Shown one piece after another: positions 1-8,666 of a DNA stretch of 64,000 nucleotides. Position 1 is the stretch's first letter, and each line of letters opens with the position of its first letter. Source of the stretch: a virus. The stretch spans positions 1 to 64,000 of IMG/VR virus record IMGVR_UViG_3300033149_003588. One strand, written 5' to 3'. The notes beneath the pieces were generated by a model. The model did no database searches, was not told the origin of the DNA, and was given only the letters and a program-made list of their open reading frames with translations. A program made the translations under genes and the position numbers.

Positions 1-402
1 TGCTACCATACAAATCTCAGGAGTTTGTTCTCTCACATATCGGAGAGCAAAACCATTTCCTTTCACTGCTTCCAGACAGATTTCTGGGGTTTGTTCTCTT
101 ACAAATTGAAGGGCGAGACCATTTTGCCTTACAGCTTCTAAACAGATCTCTGGAGTTTGCTCTTTTACATAACAGAGAGCATGTGTATTCTCTTTTACTG
201 CTGCTAGACAAATCTCAGGTGTTTGCCTCTCCACATACCGAAGGGCATCTCCATCCTGTTTCACTGCTTCTAGGGCTTCACTCCCTTTTAGATTTATTAT
301 CTGATTACGCTTAGTTCCTGTATACTCCAGGAACTCCTTGAGAATAATCCTCTTTCCAGTCTGTAACTTGTGATCAATCTGTACTTCTTTGATGTTACCC
401 AT
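1..402 (-). CDS. DUF4116-like 22-aa repeat protein, paralog 4 (runs off the left edge of the window)
   Basis: Not in the ORF track. ATG at 402 follows AAGGAGGAGAA and reads MGNIKEVQIDHKLQTGKRIILKEFLEY... then QTPEICLxAVK repeats, open to base 1. Confidence 0.9.
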   Translation of the reverse strand, partial: MGNIKEVQIDHKLQTGKRIILKEFLEYTGTKRNQIINLKGSEALEAVKQDGDALRYVERQTPEICLAAVKENTHALCYVKEQTPEICLEAVRQNGLALQFVREQTPEICLEAVKGNGFALRYVREQTPEICMVA

Positions 403-463
403 TTCTCCTCCTTAGATTTAGGTTAATTGGTCCCATTCCGATTCTCCTGCCGATTACATTCAT
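395..463 (-). CDS. Leader mini-ORF (MNVIGRRIGMGPINLNLRRRNG) overlapping the RBS/start of the downstream gene
   Basis: Has its own SD (AAGGAGGTTAT-ATG); homologous to the mini-ORFs at 1396-1461 and 2062-2127. Confidence 0.6.
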   Translation of the reverse strand: MNVIGRRIGMGPINLNLRRRNG

Positions 464-476
464 ATAACCTCCTTTA

Positions 477-1403
477 TTATTTATGATAAGTAAATACACC
501 ACGGTTTACATATTGAATAGCATGCTTATTTTGCCTTACTGCTGTTATACAGATTTCGGGGGTTTGCTCTTTTACAAACTGAAGAGCAAGACCATCCTCT
601 TTCACTGCTTCTAAACATATTTCGGGAGTCTGCTTTTCCACATATTGTAAAGCACGGCCATTTTGTTTTACTGCCTCTAGGCAAATCTCTGGAGTTTGTT
701 CCCCCACATAACAAAGAGCACGTCCATCTCCTCTTACTGCTGCTAAACACAACTCTGAGGTTTGATTTCTTACATAGTAAAGAGCAAATACATTCTGTTT
801 TATGGCTTCTAAACAAATCTCGGGAGTTTGCTCTTTTACATATCGAAGGGCATAGCCATCTTCCTTCACCGCCTCTAAACAAATCTCAAAAGTTTGCTTC
901 TCTACATATTGGAGAGCAAAACCATTTTGTTTTACTGCTGTTATACAGATTTCAGGGGTTTGCTCTCTTACAAATTGAAGAGCGAGACCACCTTGTTTTA
1001 CGGCTTCTAAACAAATCTCGGGAGTCTGTTCTCTTACGAATTGGAGAACATCTCTATCATTTTCCACTGCTGCTAGACAAATCTCAGGAGTCTGTTTTCT
1101 TACATACACAAGGGCAAACCCAGTATCCTTCACTGCCTCTAAACAAATCCCGGGAGTCTGATCTTTTACAAATTTAAGGGCATCCCCATTCTCCTTTACT
1201 GCTGCTAGGCAAATCTCAGGGGTCTGCTTCTCTACATGCTGAAGTCTATATCCATTTTGTTTTACTGCCTTTAGAGCTTTGTCTCCCTTCAAATTTCTTA
1301 TCTGATCATATCTAACACCCACATACTCCAAGAATTCCTTGAGGGTAATCCTCTTTCCAGTCTGTAACTTGTGGTCGATTTGCACCCTTTTAATGTCATC
1401 CAT
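477..1403 (-). CDS. DUF4116-like repeat protein, paralog 3 (11 x 22-aa units)
   Basis: Conserved N-terminal domain plus QTPEICLEAVKQNGxALxYVxE repeats; SD AAGGAGGAG. Confidence 0.9.
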   Translation of the reverse strand: MDDIKRVQIDHKLQTGKRITLKEFLEYVGVRYDQIRNLKGDKALKAVKQNGYRLQHVEKQTPEICLAAVKENGDALKFVKDQTPGICLEAVKDTGFALVYVRKQTPEICLAAVENDRDVLQFVREQTPEICLEAVKQGGLALQFVREQTPEICITAVKQNGFALQYVEKQTFEICLEAVKEDGYALRYVKEQTPEICLEAIKQNVFALYYVRNQTSELCLAAVRGDGRALCYVGEQTPEICLEAVKQNGRALQYVEKQTPEICLEAVKEDGLALQFVKEQTPEICITAVRQNKHAIQYVNRGVFTYHK

Positions 1404-1461
1404 TTCTCCTCCTTAGATTTAGGTTGATTGATTCTCTAGTCCTCCCGCCGATTACATTCAT
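1396..1461 (-). CDS. Leader mini-ORF (MNVIGGRTRESINLNLRRRNG)
   Basis: SD AAGGAGGTCAC-ATG. Its ATG overlaps the upstream gene's TGA and its stop lies just inside the next gene. Confidence 0.65.
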   Translation of the reverse strand: MNVIGGRTRESINLNLRRRNG

Positions 1462-2069
1462 GTGACCTCCTTATTATTTTCTGGTAAAAATATACTAGAG
1501 TCTATATATCGGATAGCACGTTTATCTTCTTTTACTGCTTCTACGCAAATCTCAGGGGTCTGCCTTTCTATATAACGAAGAATATTTCCATTTTGCCTCA
1601 CTGCCTCTAAACAAATTTCAGGAGTTTGTTTTTCTACAAATCGGAGAGCATCACTATTCTGTTTTACCGCTGCTAAACAAATCTCAGAAGTTTGCTTCTT
1701 TACATACTGGAGAGTATCCCCATTCTGTTTTACAGCTTCTAAACAGATTTCTGGGGTCTGTTCTTTTACATAACAGAGAGCACGTGCATTCTGTTTTACT
1801 GCTGCTAGACAAATCTCAGGAGTCTGTTCTCTCACATATGGAAGAGCAAGACCGTTCTGTTTTACTGCCACTAGACAAATCTCGGGAATTTGCTTCTTTA
1901 TATACTGGAGAGCACGCCCATCCTGTTTTACTGCTGCTAGAGCTATGCTCCCCCTCAGGTTTTTCATGTGATTACGCTCAGCCCCTGTATATTCCAGGAA
2001 CTCCTTGAGAGTAATCCCCTTTCCAGTCTGTAACTTGTGATCGATTTGCACTTTTTTAATGTTATCCAT
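1458..2069 (-). CDS. DUF4116-like repeat protein, paralog 2 (6 units)
   Basis: Same N-terminal domain and repeats as its neighbours. Confidence 0.9.
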   Translation of the reverse strand: MDNIKKVQIDHKLQTGKGITLKEFLEYTGAERNHMKNLRGSIALAAVKQDGRALQYIKKQIPEICLVAVKQNGLALPYVREQTPEICLAAVKQNARALCYVKEQTPEICLEAVKQNGDTLQYVKKQTSEICLAAVKQNSDALRFVEKQTPEICLEAVRQNGNILRYIERQTPEICVEAVKEDKRAIRYIDSSIFLPENNKEVT

Positions 2070-2127
2070 TTCTCCTCCTTAGATTAAGGTTAATTGATTC
2101 TCTAGTTCTCCCATTGATTACGTTCAT
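2062..2127 (-). CDS. Leader mini-ORF (MNVINGRTRESINLNLRRRNG)
   Basis: SD AAGGAGGCCAT-ATG; 4 synonymous differences versus the 1396-1461 copy. Confidence 0.65.
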   Translation of the reverse strand: MNVINGRTRESINLNLRRRNG

Positions 2128-2139
2128 ATGGCCTCCTTA

Positions 2140-3219
2140 TTATTTTCTGGTAAATACCCCAGGATCTACATATTGAATAGCACGTTTATTTCCTTTTACT
2201 GCTTCTATACAGATCTCAGGGGTTTGCTCCTTTATGTAACGAAGAGTATTCCCATTTCGCCTCACTGCTTCTAAACAAATCTCGGGAGTTTGTTCATCTA
2301 CAAATTGGAGAGCATCACTATTCTCTTTTACTGCTGCTAGACAAATCTCAGGAGTCTGTTCTATTACATATTGAAGAGCAAGACCATATTCTTTCACTGC
2401 TGCTAGACAAATCTCAGGAGTCTGTTCTATTACATATTGAAGAGCATAGCCATCTCTTTTCACTGCTTCTAAGCAAATCTCGGGAGTTTGTTCTTTTACA
2501 AACTGAAGGGTATATCCATTTCGTTTTACAGCTTCTAGACAAATCTCGGGAGTCTGCTCTCTTACAAATTGGAGAATAAGCTCTTCTTCATTGACCATCT
2601 CTGCACAAATTTGTCTTACCGCTGCCAGGCAAATTTCTGGGGTTTGTTCCTCTACATACTGAAGAGAACGCACATCTTGTTTTACTGCTTCTAAACAGAT
2701 CTCTGGGGTCTGTTCCTTTACATACCGGAGAATACGCCCATTCTGTTTCACTGCTTCCATGCAGATCTCGGGAGTCTGCTTTTTTACAAATTGGAGAGCA
2801 TGACTATTCTGTTTCACTGCTTCCATGCAGATCTCGGGAGTCTGCTTTTTTACAAATTGGAGAACTAGTCCATCCTGCCTTACAGCTTCTAAACAAATCT
2901 CAGGAGTTTGCTTTTTTGCATAGGGGAGACGGATCGCCCTTTGTTTCACCGCTTCCATACAAATCTCGGGGGTTTGTTCCTTGACATAACCAAGAGCACG
3001 ACTATCCTTTTTCACCGCCTCCATGCAAATCTCAGGAGTCTGCTCCCTTACATACTGAAGGTCAAGACCATTTTGTTCTACTGCCTTTAGAGCCCTGTCT
3101 CCCTTTAGATTTCTTATCTGATTACGTTTAGTTCCTGTATATTCCAGGAACTCCTTGAGAGTAATCCCCTTTCCAGTTTGTAATTTGTGATCGATCTGCA
3201 CCTTTTTGATGTTATCCAT
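2140..3219 (-). CDS. DUF4116-like repeat protein, paralog 1 (13 units, one with an 8-aa insertion)
   Basis: Same N-terminal domain and repeats. Confidence 0.9.
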   Translation of the reverse strand: MDNIKKVQIDHKLQTGKGITLKEFLEYTGTKRNQIRNLKGDRALKAVEQNGLDLQYVREQTPEICMEAVKKDSRALGYVKEQTPEICMEAVKQRAIRLPYAKKQTPEICLEAVRQDGLVLQFVKKQTPEICMEAVKQNSHALQFVKKQTPEICMEAVKQNGRILRYVKEQTPEICLEAVKQDVRSLQYVEEQTPEICLAAVRQICAEMVNEEELILQFVREQTPEICLEAVKRNGYTLQFVKEQTPEICLEAVKRDGYALQYVIEQTPEICLAAVKEYGLALQYVIEQTPEICLAAVKENSDALQFVDEQTPEICLEAVRRNGNTLRYIKEQTPEICIEAVKGNKRAIQYVDPGVFTRK

Positions 3220-3248
3220 TTCTCCTCCTTAGATTTGGGTATTCTCCA

Positions 3249-3803
3249 CTAAGCAGTCTTCTTAGATGCGACAAATGCTCTAAGATCAGCTATTTGCTGT
3301 TTAATGTTCTTCTTTTGATCATCTGTCAATCTTGAACTATAGATATCCAGGACACCCTCAAGATGATCAATCTGATTCTCGACCCTGGTAGTGTCGAACC
3401 CCTTAAGCTTTGCTTTTGCGCGACGCTTACTAGCACGACTGGCCTTCATACAGGCTGGGCACATTCCGCACTGTTTTACATCTCCAGGATGGCGCATATG
3501 AATCTCTGTATGCCCCTCGGCGAATATCTGAGTACCTATAATTTTGTGCCCAGCCGTCACATTATGAGAGTCATTAAACATTACGCCACGCACTACAACC
3601 ACTTCTCCATCAACCACATCCCACTCTGACATCCCTAGACAAACACATGGAATGTCAGGTATTAATTGTGGATTTTTCTTCATGGTCACCTCCTTCGGTT
3701 GAGATTTAACTTTCTTGGTTACCTTCTGGGTTGTCTTCTTCATGACCACCTCCTTTGGTTGAGAATTAGTTCTCTTGGTTGCCTTTTGGACTGTCTTCTT
3801 CAT
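3249..3803 (-). CDS. Basic hypothetical protein with N-terminal 20-aa repeats and a CxxC motif; paralog of 6593-7078
   Basis: ATG at 3803 after AAGGAGGTGACC; contains CGMCPACMKAS. Confidence 0.8.
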   Translation of the reverse strand: MKKTVQKATKRTNSQPKEVVMKKTTQKVTKKVKSQPKEVTMKKNPQLIPDIPCVCLGMSEWDVVDGEVVVVRGVMFNDSHNVTAGHKIIGTQIFAEGHTEIHMRHPGDVKQCGMCPACMKASRASKRRAKAKLKGFDTTRVENQIDHLEGVLDIYSSRLTDDQKKNIKQQIADLRAFVASKKTA

Positions 3804-3815
3804 GGTCACCTCCTT
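3675..3815 (-). repeat. 60-nt tandem repeat; each unit carries an SD and an in-frame ATG
   Basis: AAGGAGGTG(AC/GT)C-ATG-AAG occurs with ATGs at 3803, 3743 and 3683. Confidence 0.85.
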
Positions 3816-3824
3816 ATTATGTTT

Positions 3825-5387
3825 TTATATCCGGTGCTCTATCATCGGTATAACATAGCCGAATGGAGGATGGAAATCCCTATCACCCTCTTCAGCTATA
3901 ATCCATATAACCTGAGCTGGATATGGATGTTGTAACTCATCTATATCACCTATACCACCATCAGTAAAGATGATATGAATATCCGCATCTTTGATAATAC
4001 TATTATCAGATGCGAAATATGGCGCAAACATGGTGCCACCCCTACCCTGGGCATAGCTTAACCCGTCACCCTTATTGTACTTATCTATCGCCTGTACCGC
4101 AGCATCTAGATGTACTATATGCAACTCGGTTGATATGGCGCAGATATCATCCAACATAGCACCAATCTGCTCAAGCTGATGCTTAGACATAGAACAACTG
4201 GTATCTACCGCAATGCAAATATTAGGCACTAACTCATTGATAGTGCCAGGGAAGCCACGCCCATACCTCCGACTGTACCGTGTGGTTGTGTTCCGTCTAA
4301 CTGGAGATAACACCGAGCATATGGTATGCATAAGTGCCTTCCTCCAGTCTATGCTATGCTCTTTGGCTATCTGGTCTAACATTTCTGTTAAACCCCCTGG
4401 AGTGTCACCTATAGCCTTGAGTTTCTGGGCAACATTATTAGCAGTTCCCCTGGTTAAATCCCATTCATCTTGATCCTTGGGATCTCCATGCGTATCAATG
4501 ATGCCTTTGTCTTTGAATTTCTTCCACCTACCATCGACCCCACCATTGCCATCGGACTGTCCATCACCAGACTGTTTGCCGCCAGATTGTTTATCACCAG
4601 ACTGTTTATCACCAGATTGCCCATCACCAGACTGTTTATCACCAGATTGCCCATCACCAGATTGCTTGCTGCCAGATTGCCCACCACTAGACCCACCACT
4701 TCCACATGTACCATCACAGGGGGCACCCAAGAGATCACTATAAGCTTCCAGAATTTGTTTTATCTGGGGCTTATTCTGATTCTTGTTGATTAGATCATAA
4801 TACTCTAGCATTGAGAGATTCTTGGGAAAGCCAAACGTCTCTGGGAGTAACACACCATCTGGAAATTCGATAGTGCAATCTTGTTTGATAGCACTAACAT
4901 ATTGCCCCACTTTACTCCCATATTCTGGGAACCCCCTTATCATGCAATTCACAGCTAGATCAGCAGCCATATTTCTCTTCAGAGGATCCATGTTTCTATA
5001 GGCAGTACAGAAGTGCTGGCATATAAAATGAAGATACTCATGTGTGAGCACGCATATGGCCTCTCCGATGGTTAGTGAATTAAGGAATCCGGGATGAACC
5101 CCTATCTCTGCTCTACCCCCATATGTGGGATAAATACCCATGGTAGGTATACTATGTCCCTCTGGTGAAGACAATCTATCCCTCCCTATTATTTTCTTGC
5201 TAATAAGGTCAGCCACAGGATAGATCCATCGGAACGCACATCTTGTAGCATAAGAAACCACATCCAATATCTGGCTAAGCTCGTTGAGATCATGCCGGGA
5301 TAGTTTCTCATTCATCTTGTTCTCACCTCCTTGATTAGAATTTGCGTGTGTCCCACGATTTTTGGTATGATCCTTGTTACTACTCAT
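3825..5387 (-). CDS. DUF2201-type metallopeptidase + vWA domain protein (probable start 5315)
   Basis: HEYLH zinc motif, NMAADLAVN, a G/S/Q/D low-complexity linker, and vWA motifs VDTSCSM...GGT...FTDG. Confidence 0.85.
   Translation of the reverse strand: MSSNKDHTKNRGTHANSNQGGENKMNEKLSRHDLNELSQILDVVSYATRCAFRWIYPVADLISKKIIGRDRLSSPEGHSIPTMGIYPTYGGRAEIGVHPGFLNSLTIGEAICVLTHEYLHFICQHFCTAYRNMDPLKRNMAADLAVNCMIRGFPEYGSKVGQYVSAIKQDCTIEFPDGVLLPETFGFPKNLSMLEYYDLINKNQNKPQIKQILEAYSDLLGAPCDGTCGSGGSSGGQSGSKQSGDGQSGDKQSGDGQSGDKQSGDKQSGGKQSGDGQSDGNGGVDGRWKKFKDKGIIDTHGDPKDQDEWDLTRGTANNVAQKLKAIGDTPGGLTEMLDQIAKEHSIDWRKALMHTICSVLSPVRRNTTTRYSRRYGRGFPGTINELVPNICIAVDTSCSMSKHQLEQIGAMLDDICAISTELHIVHLDAAVQAIDKYNKGDGLSYAQGRGGTMFAPYFASDNSIIKDADIHIIFTDGGIGDIDELQHPYPAQVIWIIAEEGDRDFHPPFGYVIPMIEHRI
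4555..4685 (-). repeat. 15-nt intragenic repeats encoding QSGDG/QSGDK
   Basis: Repeated atcaccaga(c/t)tg units on the plus strand. Confidence 0.85.
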
Positions 5388-6580
5388 TTTGCATCGTCCT
5401 CCTTAGTTAAGGTTTGTATACGCTTTGTAATACTAGAAGCACGATCAAATATCTTGTCGTGAGAAACGACAATCTTATACAAGTATTCTTTTTCAGACAT
5501 ACGTGCAAAGATACTTGATGTGCTCTCAACCTGCAGAATGTCCATTAGATTAGCTAGGTTTGTGCAAAACACATCCCTAGACAACCATTTCTTGCGGGAT
5601 ACCTTTATCTGGACATCTTTCCCATCCTTTTTGATATCAGCTGACGTTACACCAACAATCCAATCAGCGATTCTACCTGCTATCAGGGTAAGAGCATCTG
5701 GTCTCTTCTTCCACTTTTTCACTATCTCTGGATTAGATAGTATTGCCTCAGCAGTGGGTAACACGCCGATATTTAATACACCATCTATGATACTCGCACC
5801 CTCGGTACCGATATGTGCGGATATGAACCGCCTTAACAATGTTAGCTCGTTCTTAGACAGCCCAGGATCAATACGAATGTCCATACCTTTTATTACGGTG
5901 CCGAGTTTATCCAATGTTCTAGCGGTACATAATCCCTGCCCAACCATGTTGGGATTATGCCTTACAGCATCACGTATCACCTGATGGTGCCCCCTCTGGG
6001 CAGCATACTTGCACCAGACTTCGGCATCAAAGGCTATTTCAAACCATATCATCCTGGTAGCCTGGGCTATATCCATGTCTGCTACATGATACCTTTCTTC
6101 CCCCCAGCTTGGATTGCTAGTACACACGATCATCCACCCACGCGGTAACTCCCAAGAAATAGTCCTACCAAACTGCAATAACTGCATTACAGCTTGCATG
6201 ATATACCTATTCGCTCTGGTAATATCATCGAGCACCAGTATACCACCATCATACTTGGCGAATTCCTCCGTGAATTGAGGAGGCAAGAATACTGTCACAT
6301 TGTCACGCCTATCTGGCATGCCAATCATATCGCCTGCCTCTTGCCATTCACCTACTGGGAGAACCAATACACCGAAGGTCTTTTGATTCCCCAGAGATTC
6401 GTCAATTTCGTGAGCTACCTGAGAACATATGGCAGTTTTACCCACGCCAGCAGGTCCCACTATATTGAGCGTGATGAAATCGCTGCCGAATTTCCCATCC
6501 ATTACAGCCCGCGCCATGTCAGTGATGATATCGTGTGCTTCTTCGATGTTAATCGTTGGCGGGCTAACTTTTCTCTCCAT
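5384..6580 (-). CDS. MoxR-like AAA+ ATPase
   Basis: Walker A GPAGVGKT, Walker B LVLDDITR, sensor CTSN; adjacent to the vWA gene. Confidence 0.85.
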   Translation of the reverse strand: MERKVSPPTINIEEAHDIITDMARAVMDGKFGSDFITLNIVGPAGVGKTAICSQVAHEIDESLGNQKTFGVLVLPVGEWQEAGDMIGMPDRRDNVTVFLPPQFTEEFAKYDGGILVLDDITRANRYIMQAVMQLLQFGRTISWELPRGWMIVCTSNPSWGEERYHVADMDIAQATRMIWFEIAFDAEVWCKYAAQRGHHQVIRDAVRHNPNMVGQGLCTARTLDKLGTVIKGMDIRIDPGLSKNELTLLRRFISAHIGTEGASIIDGVLNIGVLPTAEAILSNPEIVKKWKKRPDALTLIAGRIADWIVGVTSADIKKDGKDVQIKVSRKKWLSRDVFCTNLANLMDILQVESTSSIFARMSEKEYLYKIVVSHDKIFDRASSITKRIQTLTKEDDAK

Positions 6581-6592
6581 GATGCCTCCTTT

Positions 6593-7078
6593 TTATTGGG
6601 TGACGTTTTCGAGTTCCTGGAGATATTTCTCCAGGGTTTTACGCGTTTTCTGACTAATTTTTCCTTTTAGCACCCCCTTTACTCTTTGGATTTCTTCTTG
6701 ACGATGTACCACCGACAAATTCCGTAACTTCCTTTTGGCATTTCGCCTACTCTTCTCACTCGCCTTCTGGCATGCCTTACACTGCCCTGTCTGGAATAAA
6801 TCTTGGGCATAGATCATCCTGGTATCTTCATGCCCTGGAGCATTGATACGTTGTCCAATAATCTCATACCCATGATTTTTAGCAGGATAATGAATAAACT
6901 TTACACCCTGCTTAACATAAAGCTCAGGCTGACCATCTTTACCAATTCTAACATCCCAGATAGTCATGCCAGGACAGGTGATCTCAATCGAGCGATCACT
7001 CTTGGTGTGGTTCCACCTGAATTTAGGGCCGCCCCAACGACCAGGCGAACCACGATTTACACCATTTTTCTTGATCAT
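6593..7078 (-). CDS. Basic hypothetical protein with a CxxC motif; paralog of 3249-3803
   Basis: ATG at 7078 after AAGGAGGTAAG; GYEIIGQRINAPGH...GQCKACQKAS. Confidence 0.8.
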   Translation of the reverse strand: MIKKNGVNRGSPGRWGGPKFRWNHTKSDRSIEITCPGMTIWDVRIGKDGQPELYVKQGVKFIHYPAKNHGYEIIGQRINAPGHEDTRMIYAQDLFQTGQCKACQKASEKSRRNAKRKLRNLSVVHRQEEIQRVKGVLKGKISQKTRKTLEKYLQELENVTQ

Positions 7079-7079
7079 C

Positions 7080-7139
7080 TTACCTCCTTGGATTTTGGGT
7101 AATCGATTTCCCAGCCCCCTCCACACTGATTAAATTCAT
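7080..7139 (-). CDS. Leader mini-ORF (MNLISVEGAGKSITQNPRR)
   Basis: SD TAAGGAGGACT-ATG; ends across the SD of the next gene. Confidence 0.5.
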   Translation of the reverse strand: MNLISVEGAGKSITQNPRR

Positions 7140-7196
7140 AGTCCTCCTTAGTTATTAGATTAGTGTTTCTCACAAGAATACAAGGTAATGATACCT

Positions 7197-7553
7197 CTAT
7201 TCCTTGTGAATAATCGTTATACCGAGCTCATGGGCATACTGAAGCTCGTATATCCTAAACACCCGCTTATAGTAAGATATATCAGCTTCCACTTGCGCAA
7301 GCTCCAGCTTGATATCGGCCACCTTTTGAGGTAGGCCAGTCTTAATGAGCTCCTCTTGTACATATGCCTTCCTCATTTCGGCATTTTTGAGATCTGGCAT
7401 CTGAGACGCTGCAAGTATTGCCACATACTCACGTTGAGAGATTTTTATCTCTTCACCGAAGATGTGGTTACGCAGTTTAGCCGCTTCTTCCAGCGACTTC
7501 TTGAGATTGTCAGCAGTGTCGATTAGCATCTGATTGAAACTCTTCTCGGCCAT
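7197..7553 (-). CDS. Coiled-coil hypothetical protein
   Basis: 118-aa helical ORF with a strong SD. Confidence 0.75.
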   Translation of the reverse strand: MAEKSFNQMLIDTADNLKKSLEEAAKLRNHIFGEEIKISQREYVAILAASQMPDLKNAEMRKAYVQEELIKTGLPQKVADIKLELAQVEADISYYKRVFRIYELQYAHELGITIIHKE

Positions 7554-7614
7554 TTTGCCTCCTTAGATTTTGATTAAATAGTTTCCTGGTCTCCACCATA
7601 CTGATTAGATTCAT
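7510..7614 (-). CDS. Leader mini-ORF (MNLISMVETRKLFNQNLRRQNG..., 34 aa)
   Basis: SD AAGGAGGTCT-ATG; same frame relative to the downstream SD as the other copies. Confidence 0.5.
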   Translation of the reverse strand: MNLISMVETRKLFNQNLRRQNGREEFQSDANRHC

Positions 7615-7629
7615 AGACCTCCTTGATTA

Positions 7630-7800
7630 TTAAATCGAGGTATTATTCTTTACCCACCTGTACTTCATTTGCCCACGGCGACCTCGAACTTTATATTTTC
7701 TCGGTGCCTTATCTGCCCTCTTGATTTTATTATTGTGCCTCCTTCTTTGGTGAGTGTGCTTTCTCTTAGACCGTTGTGGCCGTCTACCTCTCTTACTCAT
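7630..7800 (-). CDS. Small Arg/Lys-rich protein
   Basis: ATG at 7800 after AAGGAGGAAGAA; reads MSKRGRRPQRSKRK... Confidence 0.7.
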   Translation of the reverse strand: MSKRGRRPQRSKRKHTHQRRRHNNKIKRADKAPRKYKVRGRRGQMKYRWVKNNTSI

Positions 7801-7902
7801 TTCTTCCTCCTTAGGTTTAAATATTGGTTTTCTGCCCATCTGCACTCGCCCCCCATGATAGCCGCAGACTTTGCGTTTCTTTTGTACCTCCTTTAATTTT
7901 TT

Positions 7903-7949
7903 AATTTTATCACTATACTCACCACCCTTGTTTATTCATTCGCCTCCTT
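7903..7949. repeat. 47-bp exact direct repeat (second copy at 8737-8783)
   Basis: aattttatcactatactcaccacccttgtttattcattcgcctcctt at both sites. Confidence 0.9.
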
Positions 7950-8092
7950 CGTCTTAAGTAATACTTCCTCCGTAACCACCTTCGGATCTTCCCCCATGGA
8001 AGAACGACATATATTATCACTAGCCACACACCGATTAATACTGCCCAAGAACAGACCGATTGGGCCAGTGACATCTCACCGGTGATAATCAT
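7919..8092 (-). CDS. Small membrane protein (57 aa, not in the ORF track)
   Basis: SD AGGAGGTGAT-ATG; MIITGEMSLAQSVCSWAVLIGVWLVIIYVVLPWGKIRRWLRRK..., a hydrophobic helix followed by a basic tail. Confidence 0.7.
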   Translation of the reverse strand: MIITGEMSLAQSVCSWAVLIGVWLVIIYVVLPWGKIRRWLRRKYYLRRRRRMNKQGW

Positions 8093-8093
8093 A

Positions 8094-8285
8094 TCACCTC
8101 CTTTCGTTGAACATATCTACGACATCAACGTCTGCATCAACTTCTATATAATCAGTCATACAACTGACATAGAAGTTATCCTCAGAGTCAATATCATCTT
8201 CGATATGCTTTAATTGTGTGGCACTAAGGCTTACACAATAGGCGAGTGAGTCTACATCATAGTACACCCTTTCCACTTTATTCAC
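8094..8285 (-). CDS. Small acidic hypothetical protein
   Basis: 63 aa, SD AAGGAG directly upstream. Confidence 0.6.
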   Translation of the reverse strand: MNKVERVYYDVDSLAYCVSLSATQLKHIEDDIDSEDNFYVSCMTDYIEVDADVDVVDMFNERR

Positions 8286-8315
8286 CTCCTTTCATATGGT
8301 TAAAGATGAAAAATC

Positions 8316-8657
8316 CTATTTCCTTATGGCTGATTGGGTAGTTCTCAGGACTTTCATATCCCAAGAACCATGACCGGTGTCAAAGAGTACCACTGGCTCT
8401 GGAATATAAACATCACCGGCTGGCTGGATCGTAATCACAGTACCTTCCTGGTCATCATGATCAACACTGATCTCAACACTTAATATAGGAGTGCCGTTTA
8501 TACCGGTTACCCAACTCCTCGTCCATTCGCCACATGTAGAGGGGTAGAGACCACATATAACAGTCTTAGTCTCCTCGATAGATATATCGACTGTCAATGC
8601 GCCCACCCCATACATCGCGTTGCCTTGGACTACGATTAGTGTTCTTTCGTTTTTCAT
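8316..8657 (-). CDS. Hypothetical protein
   Basis: Preceded by the same AATCTAAGGAGGAGAAATG element as the DUF4116 genes. Confidence 0.75.
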   Translation of the reverse strand: MKNERTLIVVQGNAMYGVGALTVDISIEETKTVICGLYPSTCGEWTRSWVTGINGTPILSVEISVDHDDQEGTVITIQPAGDVYIPEPVVLFDTGHGSWDMKVLRTTQSAIRK

Positions 8658-8666
8658 TTCTCCTCC

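Noticed and set aside
17-882. ORF-track calls 17-211 and 526-882
   Set aside because: Alternative-frame shadows of the repeat genes.
1-3219. Diversity-generating retroelement acting on the DUF4116 repeats
   Set aside because: No reverse transcriptase in the window and no template/variable pair with adenine-specific differences seen; variation affects all bases.
3212-3250. Leader mini-ORF upstream of 2140-3219
   Set aside because: Only the 3' half of the element (CCAAATCTAAGGAGGAGAAATG) is present; it has no SD-ATG of its own.
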